From positions 1 to 29,156 of the IMG/VR virus record IMGVR_UViG_3300045988_111919: 29,156 nt of DNA; one strand, written 5' to 3'. The position numbers were made by a program, and so were the translations under genes. The DNA is from a virus. The notes beneath the pieces are model-generated. The model saw nothing but the letters and a program-made list of their open reading frames with translations. It was not told the DNA's origin and did not search any database. Of the stretch, positions 27,491 to 29,156 are shown piece after piece. How positions within the stretch are numbered: position 1 is the first letter of the stretch; every line of letters begins with the position of its first letter.

Positions 27491-29112
27491 TTATTTATTA
27501 AATACAAATTTTTTATTAATAATTACATAACCTTCAGTTTGTTTACCATTTACTCTTTTCTGGCATTTTTTAACTTCATAATATTTATCAATTTCTGTTG
27601 CTTTTGGAGTAATAGTAATATCACTAATTTCATAAGCTTCTTTAACAAACTTTTTAATATCAGCGTTAGAATACCACATTCCAAGAGTAATTGATTGATT
27701 TAACTTCTTAGCTGCTTTATTATCTGCACTTTTATTTGATTTCTTTAATAGAGCATCTTTAATATCCGAAATGCAATATTTCAAGCTTGCCATCTTTTCG
27801 AATCCTAATTTACTAATAGCTTCTGGTAACCAAGGATATTTAATAATAGCATCATTTAAGAGTGGAGTATTCAGTTTAAATTTATTTTCCCATTCTGTTC
27901 TAACTTCTTTAATTAGTTCTTTAAATGGTTTATTATCAGATTCAAAATCAATCTTAATAGAGTTGTCTTCACATTCTATTACTTTTTTAAATCCATTCTT
28001 TATATATTCTTTATTAAGATTCGTTCTAATAGAATATAAACCTCTTGTCACTTTAAAGTTAAAAATATCTACCTTAGCCATATTTGGATCAAATGTAAAT
28101 GTAAAATCATCATTTACTTGGATATAAGTATCAGATGTAAATTCTTTAAGTTTCTTTCTTGCAACTTCAGGCATTGCATTGTAAGCATCTACAGCAATCT
28201 TAGTTTCCTCAATATTCTGGATATTCTTCTTTTTAAAGTCTTCATAACTAATATCTGCATATCTTGTTGCTGAGTAAAGATGAGTTATCCAGTTTAAATA
28301 TTTACTATTTCTAATTCTGCCAGCAATCTGTTGGATTGAAGTTGAGATGTCAAGAAGAGTTTGTGCTTTTTGAGCATCACTTACTACTACAATTCTTCCA
28401 TTTTCATCATAAATATCAGAACCTTCAAATACTGTAGAAGTTAATAAATTTATTTTCTTAGGTTCATCTAATACTGTAGAATTATGAATTGATAATTTGG
28501 TTTTATTGTTTTTGGAATATATAACTCTGGTATTCTCTTCTGTAAGTTTAGCTTTCTGAATAAGATTCTTTATAAAGTCCACAGAATTTACAAATATATA
28601 AACATTACCTTCAACTTGATTATTAAGAACAGCATTAATTAATTTAATAGTTGAAGCTTCAACATTCTTACATTTAACGGCTTGTACCTTAGTTTCAATA
28701 ACATCATCCCATTCTTGTTTTACTAATTCTAAATCTTTTAATTCATCTAATACGAATTCTTCTTCAAGAGGAGTTGCAGTCATAAATGTAAAATCTTTAA
28801 ATAATTTATAGTTCTCTAAAACAGGTTTAATAGCATCCTTTCTAAAGCTATACTGATTAAATAGTATATGATATTCATCTACTAATAAACTGTATTCTTT
28901 AGTATTAACTGCAGAAATAACCTTCGGAAGTGAGTTATATGTAACAATAATTTTAGGACATTTAACACTATCTACGTAATCTTTAATCTCTTTAATAGTA
29001 ACTCCAGCATAAACTCCAAATATCTTCTCAGTACGTCTTTCATTTGGATATTGTTGAAGTTTATTTTCAACTAAGCTAGTAAATGGAACACAAATAACAT
29101 AAGGCTTATTAC
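27491..29112 (-). CDS. SF2 (DExH-type) helicase, 5'-truncated at the contig end
   Basis: Motif II is LLVDEYH, motif III is MTATP, motif V-like is LTSTVFEGSD and motif VI is QQIAGRIRN. Motif I is missing because it lies off the contig. The first 10 residues of the track ORF (MGSEMCIRDS) are translated adapter. All five Trp are TGG and there is no TGA. Confidence 0.75.
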
Positions 29113-29156
29113 TGTCTCTTATACACATCTCCGAGCCCACGAGACCTCTCTACATC
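29113..29156. other. Illumina Nextera adapter read-through (i7 side), a library artefact
   Basis: CTGTCTCTTATACACATCTCCGAGCCCACGAGAC plus the 8-nt index-like CTCTCTAC plus ATC. Confidence 0.97.

Noticed and set aside
27440-28127. Plus-strand track ORFs 27440-27694 and 27771-28127
   Set aside because: They are antisense to the helicase gene, which carries clear SF2 motifs. Their translations are Phe/Ile/Asn/Ser-rich with no motifs.
29083-29140. ATG start and N-terminus MGSEMCIRDS of the helicase track ORF
   Set aside because: Those codons are the reverse-complement translation of the Nextera mosaic end and adapter, so the true N-terminus lies off the contig.

Overview
The window is a 29.1-kb, AT-rich, incomplete contig of a tailed dsDNA phage. 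Full Illumina Nextera adapters sit at both ends (1-46 and 29113-29156), so genuine sequence is 47-29112. The main result is that the contig only makes sense if TGA is read as Trp. By my hand count about 39 in-frame TGAs lie in 20 genes, always in frame. Reading through them fuses the fragmented track ORFs into full-length proteins (TerL, portal, M15 endolysin, HNH and GIY-YIG endonucleases, 734/1149/771-aa virion proteins). Every reconstructed gene ends in TAA or TAG, never TGA.

Gene order on the + strand:
- a nuclease-like gene, an HNH endonuclease, a two-ORF sigma-like pair and a membrane protein
- TerS-like and TerL
- a gene with an in-phase T7 slippery site (G/GT-like)
- three very large virion/tail proteins
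- XkdF-like protease, scaffold, major capsid and tube-like protein
- two fibre + LRR-adhesin cassettes split by an HNH gene
- portal, a GIY-YIG endonuclease and neck genes
- a lysis cassette and a small HNH

A convergent minus-strand arm follows, holding three small ORFs and a 5'-truncated SF2 helicase.

TGA use is uneven. The protease-to-fibre block (13557-18535) and the helicase have none, and the scaffold/capsid/tube genes form a GC-rich island (about 45% versus about 22-35% elsewhere). The membrane-anchored lysis protein has the highest TGA density. I found no tRNA, CRISPR array, integrase or reverse transcriptase. All functional calls come from motif recognition by eye and need HMM confirmation.
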